64,000 nt of DNA, taken from positions 32,001 to 96,000 of the forward strand of contig JANMPT010000025.1 of NCBI GenBank assembly GCA_031370005.1. Reading direction: 5' to 3'. Both the position numbers and the translations under genes were made by a program. Below are positions 9,579-18,299 of this stretch, piece by piece (position 1 is the stretch's first letter; every line of letters begins with the position of its first letter). Origin of the DNA: Bdellovibrionales bacterium. Lineage in GTDB: Bacteria > Bdellovibrionota > Bdellovibrionia > Bdellovibrionales > Bdellovibrionaceae. Below the pieces are notes generated by a model. The model had not been told where the DNA came from, did no database searches, and worked only from the letters and a program-made list of their open reading frames with translations.

Positions 9579-9599
9579 GGCCTTGGCTAGGGGAAAAGA

Positions 9600-11099
9600 A
9601 TGAAAAAACGAAGTGTTTTAGCAATTTTAATTCTTAGCTCAGCGCAAGTTTTTGCGGCCCAGGTATTGGTTCGTCCGAGTCAGGCCGGAAGAGCCACAGA
9701 TACGATGATTTTTTCAGATCAGGCGACCTCCTTTTCGGATCCTAATATGGGATTTCAGGTGCGCCTGAATGTCTCTTGTTTTCGAACAAATCTTCGAAGT
9801 GTGACAAATCCAATTTCGCCAACAGGGGCCGTAAGATTTGCCTTGAGTTTAAGTTCTGGCAATACTTTTTCGCTGGTATTTCCGGGTTGGTTGGTTATGA
9901 ATACCGGCGCAAATGCACAAGTTGTGACCCCGCCTCCTGTCGCCGTTGCTAACGGCACATATTATCTCACCGCCTCTGTTGATCCCCAGGATGTGCCCTA
10001 TGCGTACCCCGGCCCGGCTCAGCCTGTGCGAACCCGCTCTTTTGGAAACACGCTTATTTTTAACACGCCGGTTGGTTTCGTTTCTGGGGTACCCTTATCT
10101 GCTGCTGGTGACTATACCTACGCAAACTATGCCACTTTGATTCAAAGTGTCACTTTTGTTCAACAGGTTTCGAGTGTTGTTGGCCAGCAGGCAACTATCG
10201 TTAAGCTGGATCAGCCGCCGAGCTTAGCGCCATGGAAATTCCAGAAAATTTTTACGGCGTTAATGAGCCCACTTAACTGGATTTCATGGGGATCAGTTGA
10301 AGAGACTCATGCCGGGGGTGGGCTTCCGCTTATTGAGCCACCAGTTAGTTTAACCCTCTATGAAGACGTCGGATGGTATCAACCGCGCTTTGCCTGGTAT
10401 GCTCAAATAAGCTCGGTGCTGGCGGCAACCCCAGCAAATCCTTCGAATTACGTCCAAACCCCCAGTGTTGTGCAGCAATATATGGGGACGACGGGGCCAC
10501 TTACGGGAAGTTGGCAGGCGACTTGGTCCAACGATTTTAAGGTTTTAAATGTGAACGCATCATTTCCTGGGCAAGTTAATTACTGCGGCGGATTTTTTTC
10601 GCCACTGATGCTGTTTTTTGATTCTAAAGAGCCTCAGTTTAACCGCTTTGTTGATTTCAAAATGAGCAGTTATTCGGACCAAACCTATTGGCCAGAACCT
10701 GAAACTAAAGCCGCCTTTTTGGTGCTAGATAGAAATGGTGATGGGATTATCAACGATGTGACAGAGATGTTTGGCAGTGAGGACAGCTCTTTAAACGGAT
10801 TTGAGCTGCTTGCCGCTTTTGACGAAAACGGTGATGGCGTCATTGATGCAAAGGATCCGGTTTATTCTCAATTGCGCCTTTGGACAGACTCAACAGGAAA
10901 AGCAATCACTCTTAAGAAGGACTTGAAAACTTTGAAAGAGGCCGGGGTCGAGTCCATTTCTTTGAATTACAATAAGTCGGCGGTGCTGCCAATCGACAAT
11001 CGGGCCGAACTCAGGGAGCGTTCATCTTTTACCATGGTAAAAGATGGCAAGAGAACACAAGGTGAAGTCATTGACGTTTGGTTTGCTAACAAAAGGTAA
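9600..11099 (+). CDS. Secreted protein with C-terminal EF-hand-like Ca-binding domain; candidate pilus-tip adhesin
   Basis: Signal peptide, SPLMLFFD, and DRNGDGIIND and DENGDGVIDAKD loops followed by YSQLRLWTD. Confidence 0.7.
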   Translation: MKKRSVLAILILSSAQVFAAQVLVRPSQAGRATDTMIFSDQATSFSDPNMGFQVRLNVSCFRTNLRSVTNPISPTGAVRFALSLSSGNTFSLVFPGWLVMNTGANAQVVTPPPVAVANGTYYLTASVDPQDVPYAYPGPAQPVRTRSFGNTLIFNTPVGFVSGVPLSAAGDYTYANYATLIQSVTFVQQVSSVVGQQATIVKLDQPPSLAPWKFQKIFTALMSPLNWISWGSVEETHAGGGLPLIEPPVSLTLYEDVGWYQPRFAWYAQISSVLAATPANPSNYVQTPSVVQQYMGTTGPLTGSWQATWSNDFKVLNVNASFPGQVNYCGGFFSPLMLFFDSKEPQFNRFVDFKMSSYSDQTYWPEPETKAAFLVLDRNGDGIINDVTEMFGSEDSSLNGFELLAAFDENGDGVIDAKDPVYSQLRLWTDSTGKAITLKKDLKTLKEAGVESISLNYNKSAVLPIDNRAELRERSSFTMVKDGKRTQGEVIDVWFANKR

Positions 11100-13410
11100 G
11101 AGCTTTATAAAAGGCAATATAGAGGAAATTCGCGCTTCACCGGCACTGCGAAAATATGGTTTTTTTCTATCATTCATTCACTTTTTCACATTTGCATATT
11201 GGTTTTCTTATGCAGATATCTATAATCTAATCAGCCGGGCGACGCCAGCTTTTTGCCAGCCCTTCTTTCAGTCCTGTGAAGTTTTTCGCTTTGGCACTCC
11301 TGAACTTTGGCGCTGGATTCTTGTGGCCTATTTTTTGGCTGGACTGCTGAGCTCTGCACTGTGGTTAATGGGCTTCATTCGCTGGGCCTATATAGCCGCG
11401 CTGGTACTGTTTCTTTTTAAGTTTTTTATTTATATTCAGGATTATCGTTTAACGGACAGCTATCATTATATTCATTTTCTTTTTCTTTTTCTTTTTTTGT
11501 TCGTTCCCCGAAAGCTCAAAATTATTCCCTTTGCCATTGTTTTAATATATTGGGTGGCGGGAATTCAGCAACTCAATATGGGATTGAGTGGCATAAGATG
11601 GACGACGGCTTATGTTCTTGTTTTGGAATTATTTTTCTCTACTTTGCTGTTAAGCTCAAAGCCCTTCTGGCAAAAGTTCGCACTCATTCAGTTTTTTATT
11701 TTTCATATTTATTCAATCCAATTCGTTGGGCTGTTTTATCCTGCCGTCATGCTTTGTGTACTGAGTATTTTCATTCCTATGTTTAAAGCCAAGAACGCAG
11801 CCCCTGGGTTATCAGAAATTTGGCACTATAAGCCGCATCGCAATTTGGTCTTTCTTTTTATTTTGGCACAGCTCTATCCCGTAGTCCTTCCCGGAAAGGC
11901 GGCCTTAACCGGGGAAGGTCGTTTGCTCGCATTAAATATATTTGCTTCGCGAGCCACCTGTCGCCATAGTTTTGTGGTTGAGATGGGAGCAGGCCGATAC
12001 CAGCAACTTCAGATCCGCACAGAATCAATTGGTGCCGGAATTCGTTGCGAGCCCTATCTTTATCTAGAGTTCGCGCGTCGGCTTTGCGAAGACTTTGCCC
12101 ACGAGGGCAATCCAGCCATAGTGGATATTCATTTGCAGAGTCGGTTGAGCAGCGAAAATAACTTTAGTCCGATTGTGGATCAAAAAAATATCTGTCAAAG
12201 TAAGATTCGCTTTAACCCGCTCTTTAGCAATTCTTGGATTGAAAAAGGTGAACCCGCCACGGAAGAAGTCACTCCGTGGTTTTATCAAAATGCAAAAATA
12301 GAAGCCTCAGATGATATCTTTATGTATCGTGGGGATGCCCAACGCAGCGGAACGGTTTTAACAAAGGAACTCATTCATCCCCTGAGCCGGCCTTTTTGGC
12401 GTAAGCCGAACTGGAATGCCTCCGCTCTCTCTGTAAGTAAAAGTTCAGCAGTTTCCGATGGCAAGGCGGTTTATGTCGGCTCGGATCAAGGATATTTTGC
12501 TGCGGTCGATAGCACCGGGAAAGAGTTTTGGCGTTGGATTATGACAGCTAAAAACGGCGTTCTTGGCAGTGCGCTTATTGCTGGGGATTCCGTTTTCTGG
12601 GGGGACGCTGCGGGGATACTTTATTCAGCACAAAAAAAAACTGGTGCATTAAATTGGCTTTTACCTATAGGGCGAGCCATAGATTCCTCGCCGCTTTATG
12701 ATGATGGCTTTATTTATGTGTCAGTTACCGGCGTCTTCCCAGAGGATGGATTTGTCGCCAAGGTCGATGCGCGTACAGGAAAGCTTTTATGGAAAAGCCC
12801 TTCCCTTGGCGATCAAGTGCAGTCTTCACCAGCGCTTTCTGAAGACGGCAAGCTTGTTTTTGTCGGCTCAAATAATGGGTATCTGACGGCAATAGATAAG
12901 CAAACAGGAAACTTTGTTTGGCGTTATGGGGCAGGTCTAGCAATTAAGGGAACGCCCCTGGTGGCAGCAGGCTCCGTTATTTTTTGCTCCTGGGACCAGA
13001 ACCTGTATCGTTTAAATTCTACTACTGGTGAACTTATTTGGAATGCGCCTCTGGAAAGCGACTGCCAAAGTTCAGCGACCTGGTCAAAAAAAGAAAACGC
13101 AATCTATATAAGTACCTTGGATGGTGCCACATCCGCATTTGATTTTAGTACTGGAAAAGAGCTTTGGCAGCACCAGGGCAGTGGCAGTTTTTTATCTAGT
13201 CCAGTTTTATTGATAAAAAATAGTTTAGAATCCACAGAACAACTTTTGGCGAGTTGTTTTGAGCAGGAGCTTTGTATTTTCAATTCAAAAAATGGTAGTA
13301 TTAAAAGGAAAATAAATCTTGGTGATCGCTTAAGTTCTGTTCCTTGGATAAATAATGGGGAGCTGATTTATACGTTAGATTCGGCGGGGGGGCTTGTTCA
13401 GTGGAAATAA
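11044..13410 (+). CDS. HTTM (vitamin K-dependent gamma-carboxylase-like) membrane domain fused to a PQQ/BamB-type beta-propeller
   Basis: Multi-TM N-terminal half with YHYIH, IYWVAGIQQLN, LEL, FHIYS and TGEGR motifs. The C-terminal half has MYRGDAQRSG and repeated A.D..TG..W blades. Confidence 0.75.
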   Translation: MAREHKVKSLTFGLLTKGKSFIKGNIEEIRASPALRKYGFFLSFIHFFTFAYWFSYADIYNLISRATPAFCQPFFQSCEVFRFGTPELWRWILVAYFLAGLLSSALWLMGFIRWAYIAALVLFLFKFFIYIQDYRLTDSYHYIHFLFLFLFLFVPRKLKIIPFAIVLIYWVAGIQQLNMGLSGIRWTTAYVLVLELFFSTLLLSSKPFWQKFALIQFFIFHIYSIQFVGLFYPAVMLCVLSIFIPMFKAKNAAPGLSEIWHYKPHRNLVFLFILAQLYPVVLPGKAALTGEGRLLALNIFASRATCRHSFVVEMGAGRYQQLQIRTESIGAGIRCEPYLYLEFARRLCEDFAHEGNPAIVDIHLQSRLSSENNFSPIVDQKNICQSKIRFNPLFSNSWIEKGEPATEEVTPWFYQNAKIEASDDIFMYRGDAQRSGTVLTKELIHPLSRPFWRKPNWNASALSVSKSSAVSDGKAVYVGSDQGYFAAVDSTGKEFWRWIMTAKNGVLGSALIAGDSVFWGDAAGILYSAQKKTGALNWLLPIGRAIDSSPLYDDGFIYVSVTGVFPEDGFVAKVDARTGKLLWKSPSLGDQVQSSPALSEDGKLVFVGSNNGYLTAIDKQTGNFVWRYGAGLAIKGTPLVAAGSVIFCSWDQNLYRLNSTTGELIWNAPLESDCQSSATWSKKENAIYISTLDGATSAFDFSTGKELWQHQGSGSFLSSPVLLIKNSLESTEQLLASCFEQELCIFNSKNGSIKRKINLGDRLSSVPWINNGELIYTLDSAGGLVQWK

Positions 13411-14717
13411 TCCAAAAAATTACAGTGCCAGCTTTGGTTTTCGTGCTACTAACGTCCCTGGGAGCAGTTGCGGGTGAGGCAAAGACGGCGACCTGCTCGT
13501 CTCAAAATGCTGAAAAATTCGTCCAGATGATTAGTATAAAATTTTGGAGAATGATTAAAAATGAACCGGTAACGCTTTACATGATGGATCTTGATAAGTG
13601 TTTTGTGGTCGGGCAAAAAATAGAAATATTTGAAACGAAGGTGGAAAATGGCCAAGTTTATTGGAAGTTTTCCCGGGGAACGGCCAAAGTTCAGAGCATA
13701 GAGAAAATTAACTTTGCGACATATAACAAAAGAGAATTAGGAAAGGCTGTTGGCCAGGAGCTCGAAATCTTCAAAAAAAAACTTATCAAATATACTGGAA
13801 AAAATGGCGCGGAGCTTGAGGCGGCACCTCTTCTTGCATTGACTATCGTACGTGACAAGTTTGAGGATCGGCTGACGGCCTATGGAAGTCCGCGGCGCCA
13901 CCCGGCCGCGAAATCTTTCAATAAAAGAGAGTTTGTAGAGGAACTGAATCAAGGCCATGTTTATGATGTTCGCCCCTTGTCATTAAAGAAAGAGTTTCCT
14001 TTAAATAAGGCAAAAAACTTGGTTTTCACAAATTACGCTTGGGTCACCCAAAAAATTCTTTCACCATTGCAGATAAAAAAAACAAAAGCGAACTTCACGG
14101 GCCTCGTGCTGCCACAGAAAAAAGAAGATCCTGTATATATAATTTCCGGATGCACGGGTGAGTTTTCAGCATACAATGCGCTCACGCTTTTAGCCTCAAA
14201 GGGCTATAAAAACCTTGGATGGTTTCCGGGTGGCATGGCAGAGTTTGGGAAGAAGCCTCATCCCTGCATAACTCCGGATAAATTATCAGAGGCTACGATT
14301 GTACAGGCTGCAAAGGTGCGGGAGCTTATCAAAGAAAAAAATATTTTCATTGCAGACGTCCGAGAACAGGCAAGGTTTACTTTAGTTGGCGCGACCTCGT
14401 TCCCGTTTCTGGAAAAAAGAAATGCACTTTCAATTCCGACCTACCGTGACAAAGTGACTGCGGCAGGGCTTGTCTCGAATAAAGAGATTTATTCGAATGA
14501 GTTCATGTTGTCTATTCCAAAGGAAAGCACGATTCTAATCGTTGGTGACAATGAGTATGATTGGAGAGCCTATAAGGCCGCCATCTTTTTAAAAGCAAAA
14601 GGGGTTAAAAATATTTATTGGTATCGGGATGGCATGGAGGACTGGGCGCAAAAAGTCTTATTTTATCCAGCGGAGTATACTTTAAACAGAAAGACCAAAA
14701 ATGGAGAACTCTATTGA
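13401..14717 (+). CDS. Exported tandem rhodanese-domain protein
   Basis: Signal peptide and two rhodanese modules (DVRP...GYKNLGWFPGGMAEF; DVRE...GVKNIYWYRDGMEDW). The first has Cys in the loop (ISGCTG); the second does not. Confidence 0.8.
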   Translation: MEIIQKITVPALVFVLLTSLGAVAGEAKTATCSSQNAEKFVQMISIKFWRMIKNEPVTLYMMDLDKCFVVGQKIEIFETKVENGQVYWKFSRGTAKVQSIEKINFATYNKRELGKAVGQELEIFKKKLIKYTGKNGAELEAAPLLALTIVRDKFEDRLTAYGSPRRHPAAKSFNKREFVEELNQGHVYDVRPLSLKKEFPLNKAKNLVFTNYAWVTQKILSPLQIKKTKANFTGLVLPQKKEDPVYIISGCTGEFSAYNALTLLASKGYKNLGWFPGGMAEFGKKPHPCITPDKLSEATIVQAAKVRELIKEKNIFIADVREQARFTLVGATSFPFLEKRNALSIPTYRDKVTAAGLVSNKEIYSNEFMLSIPKESTILIVGDNEYDWRAYKAAIFLKAKGVKNIYWYRDGMEDWAQKVLFYPAEYTLNRKTKNGELY

Positions 14718-15628
14718 AACTCTTTGTAATCGTCATTTTATTAATAGGCGTTCGGGCTCAAGCAAAAGGTCAAGAGCTAGTTTGGATTGTGGCTCCGGCG
14801 ATTTGGAATGGGACAACTCCAGAGCTCGACAAGGGCTTGAAGAATCTCGAAAGATATCTTGAAAAATCATTGGATAAGCCGGTTAAAGTTGAATTGAAAA
14901 CCACCCCTGGCTTTGTCTTAAGTCAGTATCTTAATTTGAAAAAAGAGCTTATAACCAAGCAGCCAGATTATATTTTTTATATTGAGTCCACGCGGTTTTT
15001 TGCAAATGATCTCGAAGAGATTCTGTTGTCGAAGAACCTACCTGAGCAAGCACTTGTGGCAGACAAGTTTTCTGATTTAGAAATTTCTAAGGCACAGCCA
15101 AATTGGGCGAAAACACTTTTTCCAGACACAAGTTTTTTTATGCCAATTAAAAAGGCGCTCTTCATGGACAAGCGTCTCAGAGAGGACTGGGCCCCCGCGA
15201 ATGTACCGAACAATGAGGCCGAACTTTTCCTTAACACAAGCGTGTTCGCTTACGAGCAGCTTCAACATCTTTTAAAAGACAAAAAGCGCCTGGTTTTTCT
15301 TTTTTCTGCGGAGAATCTTCATTATTCTCAAGAAATTTTTTCTGGGACTGAGTTGAAGAGTTCCTTAGCACAGATCTTTTTTAAAGGTGTTAACCTTGAA
15401 TCGGATTTTTTAAAAGAGTTTATTAACTATAGCGTGATTAACTTCAATACGACCTTTCTTCCGCCTGGGTTTAAAAAACTCTCCCGGACTGAATTCCTTA
15501 TGGCGGGCTCAAGGCAAGTTTTGAATTCCGTAGGAGTCCAGCGCAGCTTTCAGATTTTAAAACCGATAATTTCCAGCCATATGAAAGCTGAGGAGAAAAC
15601 AAAATCGCCCGCAAAAACTAAACGCTAA
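14714..15628 (+). CDS. Secreted protein, possible degenerate SGNH-fold (DltD/AlgJ-like)
   Basis: TTG start with GGAG RBS overlapping the upstream stop; signal peptide (AQA). TPGFVLSQYL...QPDYIFY...ND and LNSVG resemble SGNH blocks II, III and V, but GDS and DxxH are absent. Confidence 0.45.
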   Translation: MKLFVIVILLIGVRAQAKGQELVWIVAPAIWNGTTPELDKGLKNLERYLEKSLDKPVKVELKTTPGFVLSQYLNLKKELITKQPDYIFYIESTRFFANDLEEILLSKNLPEQALVADKFSDLEISKAQPNWAKTLFPDTSFFMPIKKALFMDKRLREDWAPANVPNNEAELFLNTSVFAYEQLQHLLKDKKRLVFLFSAENLHYSQEIFSGTELKSSLAQIFFKGVNLESDFLKEFINYSVINFNTTFLPPGFKKLSRTEFLMAGSRQVLNSVGVQRSFQILKPIISSHMKAEEKTKSPAKTKR

Positions 15629-15726
15629 GGCTTAGATCTAGCTGGCAAATGTGTCTGGTGACGGTTGGTGACTAAGAGGAGTTTTGGCGATATCATTTTT
15701 GTATAGAATATTTTTTTGGAGGTCCT

Positions 15727-16386
15727 ATGATTTTTAAGTCTGTTAAAGATGGTTGTTTGCTTGATGCATCTAACAGCATGTACCCGAGTGTTTTAAGGGG
15801 ATTCGACCACGGAGAAGAAAGCTTTTCACTGCCAACAAGTACATATTTTGGCTTCGTGGTAAATGGGAATTATGAGCTTCATCGTCAAAATCAGCACTTT
15901 GCGACACTTCAAACAGGAATGTATTTTTCCGCTACGGGACCTTTTACATTAAAAGGCAAAGGCGAAATGATAGTCATCGAAAGGTTGGGCTATCGTGGAC
16001 TTATGCAATTCGGTGGCCCCGTCGAGGAAGTCGGACGTCTGTGTTACATCGATAACTCCAATACCACGATGATTTTGCCGCCGCCAAGGATGGGCGACCC
16101 TGTTTTTAATCTGCTCGTATTTCCCCCTAAGGTGATACAAACACCACACATTCATCCCACGGTTCGTTTGGGCGTTGTTTATGAGGGCGAGGGAGAGTGT
16201 ATCCTGCCAAATCAAAAGCCATTAGCTTTGAAGCCAGGAATTGCATTTTTGTTAGCAGAAGGAGCAGTTCACTCATTTAATTCTTTTGATAAAAAACTTA
16301 AGATTATTGCATTTCATCCGGATTCAGATACGGGCCCAACGGATGCCTCGCATCCGATGTTGAATCGGACTTATACGAAAATTTAG
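15727..16386 (+). CDS. Cupin-domain protein
   Basis: GGAGG RBS; HIHPTVRLGVVYEGEG and HSF metal-site motifs; GRLCYID...GDP...FHPDSDTGPTD..HPM.NRT subfamily signature. Confidence 0.85.
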   Translation: MIFKSVKDGCLLDASNSMYPSVLRGFDHGEESFSLPTSTYFGFVVNGNYELHRQNQHFATLQTGMYFSATGPFTLKGKGEMIVIERLGYRGLMQFGGPVEEVGRLCYIDNSNTTMILPPPRMGDPVFNLLVFPPKVIQTPHIHPTVRLGVVYEGEGECILPNQKPLALKPGIAFLLAEGAVHSFNSFDKKLKIIAFHPDSDTGPTDASHPMLNRTYTKI

Positions 16387-16709
16387 GCTTTATTTTTTTT
16401 AGCACCGGCTCGTTTTATATTTTCTTGACCGCGAGCCTTTGCATTCGAGCCCACCACGAGTCCATACTTTTTAACAAGTATGGACTGCAGGCTATCGAGA
16501 TTTCGAAAATAGTTAGCCTTTAGATCGCCATAATCAAAGACAATTCCAAAGCGCTCTTCGAAGACATTCACCATCTGAATGACGGAAAAAGAGTCTAAAA
16601 TACCTTCTTCAAAAAGGTCCATCTTGGAGTGAAATTCGCGATCCCTAATGCGCGGGTTTACCTCGCGAATTATTTTTTTCAGGATATTTAAATTAACTTT
16701 TTTTGCCAC
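16383..16709 (-). CDS. Acyl/aminoacyl carrier protein (DltC-like)
   Basis: DLFEEGILDSFSVIQMV phosphopantetheine Ser motif, EERFGI and FRNLDSL; basic C-terminal tail. Confidence 0.85.
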   Translation of the reverse strand: MAKKVNLNILKKIIREVNPRIRDREFHSKMDLFEEGILDSFSVIQMVNVFEERFGIVFDYGDLKANYFRNLDSLQSILVKKYGLVVGSNAKARGQENIKRAGAKKNKA

Positions 16710-17265
16710 CGACAGCCTTCCTTTCTCTGTTCATTACCGAGTAGACGCCGAGATTGACGTTTAACTGCAGGTAATTATAGAAGTCATCGACCTGCGATAT
16801 AGAGTGGATTGAATCCAATTTGTCATAAAATTTTTTTAAAAATACTTTTATTCTTTTTAACAAAATTATTTTTTCTTCGGCCACAAAGAGCCAGTATTTT
16901 TTAAAGTTAGTATCACTTATTGGCGTCTTTTGAAGTGCTTCATTGGAAAAGCTTGATTTGATCTCCTCTTTCATGATTTGAATGCTCGTGAGAAGCAAGA
17001 CGGAGACCTCTAGTTTTCTCTTTAAAAGAGCAAGCCTTTCCTGGTCTTTTTTTGTTAAGGTTGGGGAGGCCGTTTGAAAACCCTTTAGCGGATCATAGGT
17101 ATGATAGAGGGGTTTTATTCCGGAGACGTCAAGTTCGGTGCTTAAAGCCTGAACATGAACTCCCTTAAGCGGGGTGAAAAAATTAAATTTAATGCTTTTT
17201 TTCACAAAAAGGACTCGGTCAGTTTTTATATCAGTATAAATGAAAAGCTTAAGTCTTTCTGACAT
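16693..17265 (-). CDS. Hypothetical helical protein, distant paralogue of 19402-20100
   Basis: Overlaps both neighbours; shares N-terminal and C-terminal patterns with the 19402-20100 product. Confidence 0.6.
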   Translation of the reverse strand: MSERLKLFIYTDIKTDRVLFVKKSIKFNFFTPLKGVHVQALSTELDVSGIKPLYHTYDPLKGFQTASPTLTKKDQERLALLKRKLEVSVLLLTSIQIMKEEIKSSFSNEALQKTPISDTNFKKYWLFVAEEKIILLKRIKVFLKKFYDKLDSIHSISQVDDFYNYLQLNVNLGVYSVMNRERKAVGGKKS

Positions 17266-18295
17266 AAGCCTCCAACTCTTCAATTGAATTTACTTGGCGA
17301 AAGTGAGAATCAACAGCGATTCGTTTTTCACTTAAGACATAAGTTTTTTCCAAGCTTTGAATTTTGAGCAAGTCATGCTGCCTTTGGTCCAATGTAAAAT
17401 CCGCGATAAATTTTTTTGCGACATGTTTATAAGATTTCCAGGTATTTTTAATTTTTAGGTCATGATTGTTCAGACTCCACCGCTGAAAGTCTACACTATC
17501 GTAAAAGTGAAGGATGTGACTTCCATATTTCGCTTCAAGGCACCAATCTTTATTTTCATAGAATCGATACTTTACATGCTGCCATTTTTGAGAAAAATTC
17601 AGCCACCAAAAAAAATCATGAGTAGTTTTGATTGGAAATGGGGCCTCGCTGACAATGGGTAAAAAATGCTCGAAAATTTTTCTCCCAGATGTTTTAACCC
17701 CGGTGTAGGCATCAATAACTTGTGGGCAATAATCTAAGTAGTTTTTGCTTAAAATCTCGTCGCCGAGCACTTTACATCCGGAAGCTAAAATGTCAGATCC
17801 AAATAACTGATCGCCAAGTTCGCCTGTAACCAAAAGAGCTTTGTTCGTCATCAACATTTTTGAGATAGGCAGAAGTGAGTTTATTAAATTAAACCGAGAA
17901 ATATACTTATCAAAAAAAGAAGGATTCTCCTCTACAGAGTGATGCGACAGCACGACCGAAATTTTTTTAAGTTCATTTGCAGGCCAGAATTTCAGAACAG
18001 AAGACATCATGTTGGTGCTGTCGATGCCACCACTATAAGCAAACCAATAGTTGTCAAAATTATATTTTAAAAGATTAAGCGCGCGATCCGCGCAGCAGTC
18101 CTCCCATGTTTTGGAAGAGGTCTGTTTGGTCAATTCAGAGATCGGTTCGGCTTGAAGGGAAAAGTTAAAAAGATCCGGTTTATAGGTCAGCCGGCTCACT
18201 GTCTTATCAAAGGGATCAAATAGCACAGCGGATTCTGAAATAATGCTTTTAAGGCTTTGGCTAGTTTTGATGCTGAGACTTAAAAGTTGTTTCAT
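17249..18295 (-). CDS. Asparagine-synthetase-like PP-loop ATP pyrophosphatase (no glutaminase domain), copy 2
   Basis: AYSGGIDST, VTGELGDQLFGS, WWLNFSQKWQ, HFYDSVDFQRWS, YKHVAK. Confidence 0.8.
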   Translation of the reverse strand: MKQLLSLSIKTSQSLKSIISESAVLFDPFDKTVSRLTYKPDLFNFSLQAEPISELTKQTSSKTWEDCCADRALNLLKYNFDNYWFAYSGGIDSTNMMSSVLKFWPANELKKISVVLSHHSVEENPSFFDKYISRFNLINSLLPISKMLMTNKALLVTGELGDQLFGSDILASGCKVLGDEILSKNYLDYCPQVIDAYTGVKTSGRKIFEHFLPIVSEAPFPIKTTHDFFWWLNFSQKWQHVKYRFYENKDWCLEAKYGSHILHFYDSVDFQRWSLNNHDLKIKNTWKSYKHVAKKFIADFTLDQRQHDLLKIQSLEKTYVLSEKRIAVDSHFRQVNSIEELEAYVRKT

Positions 18296-18299
18296 ATAG

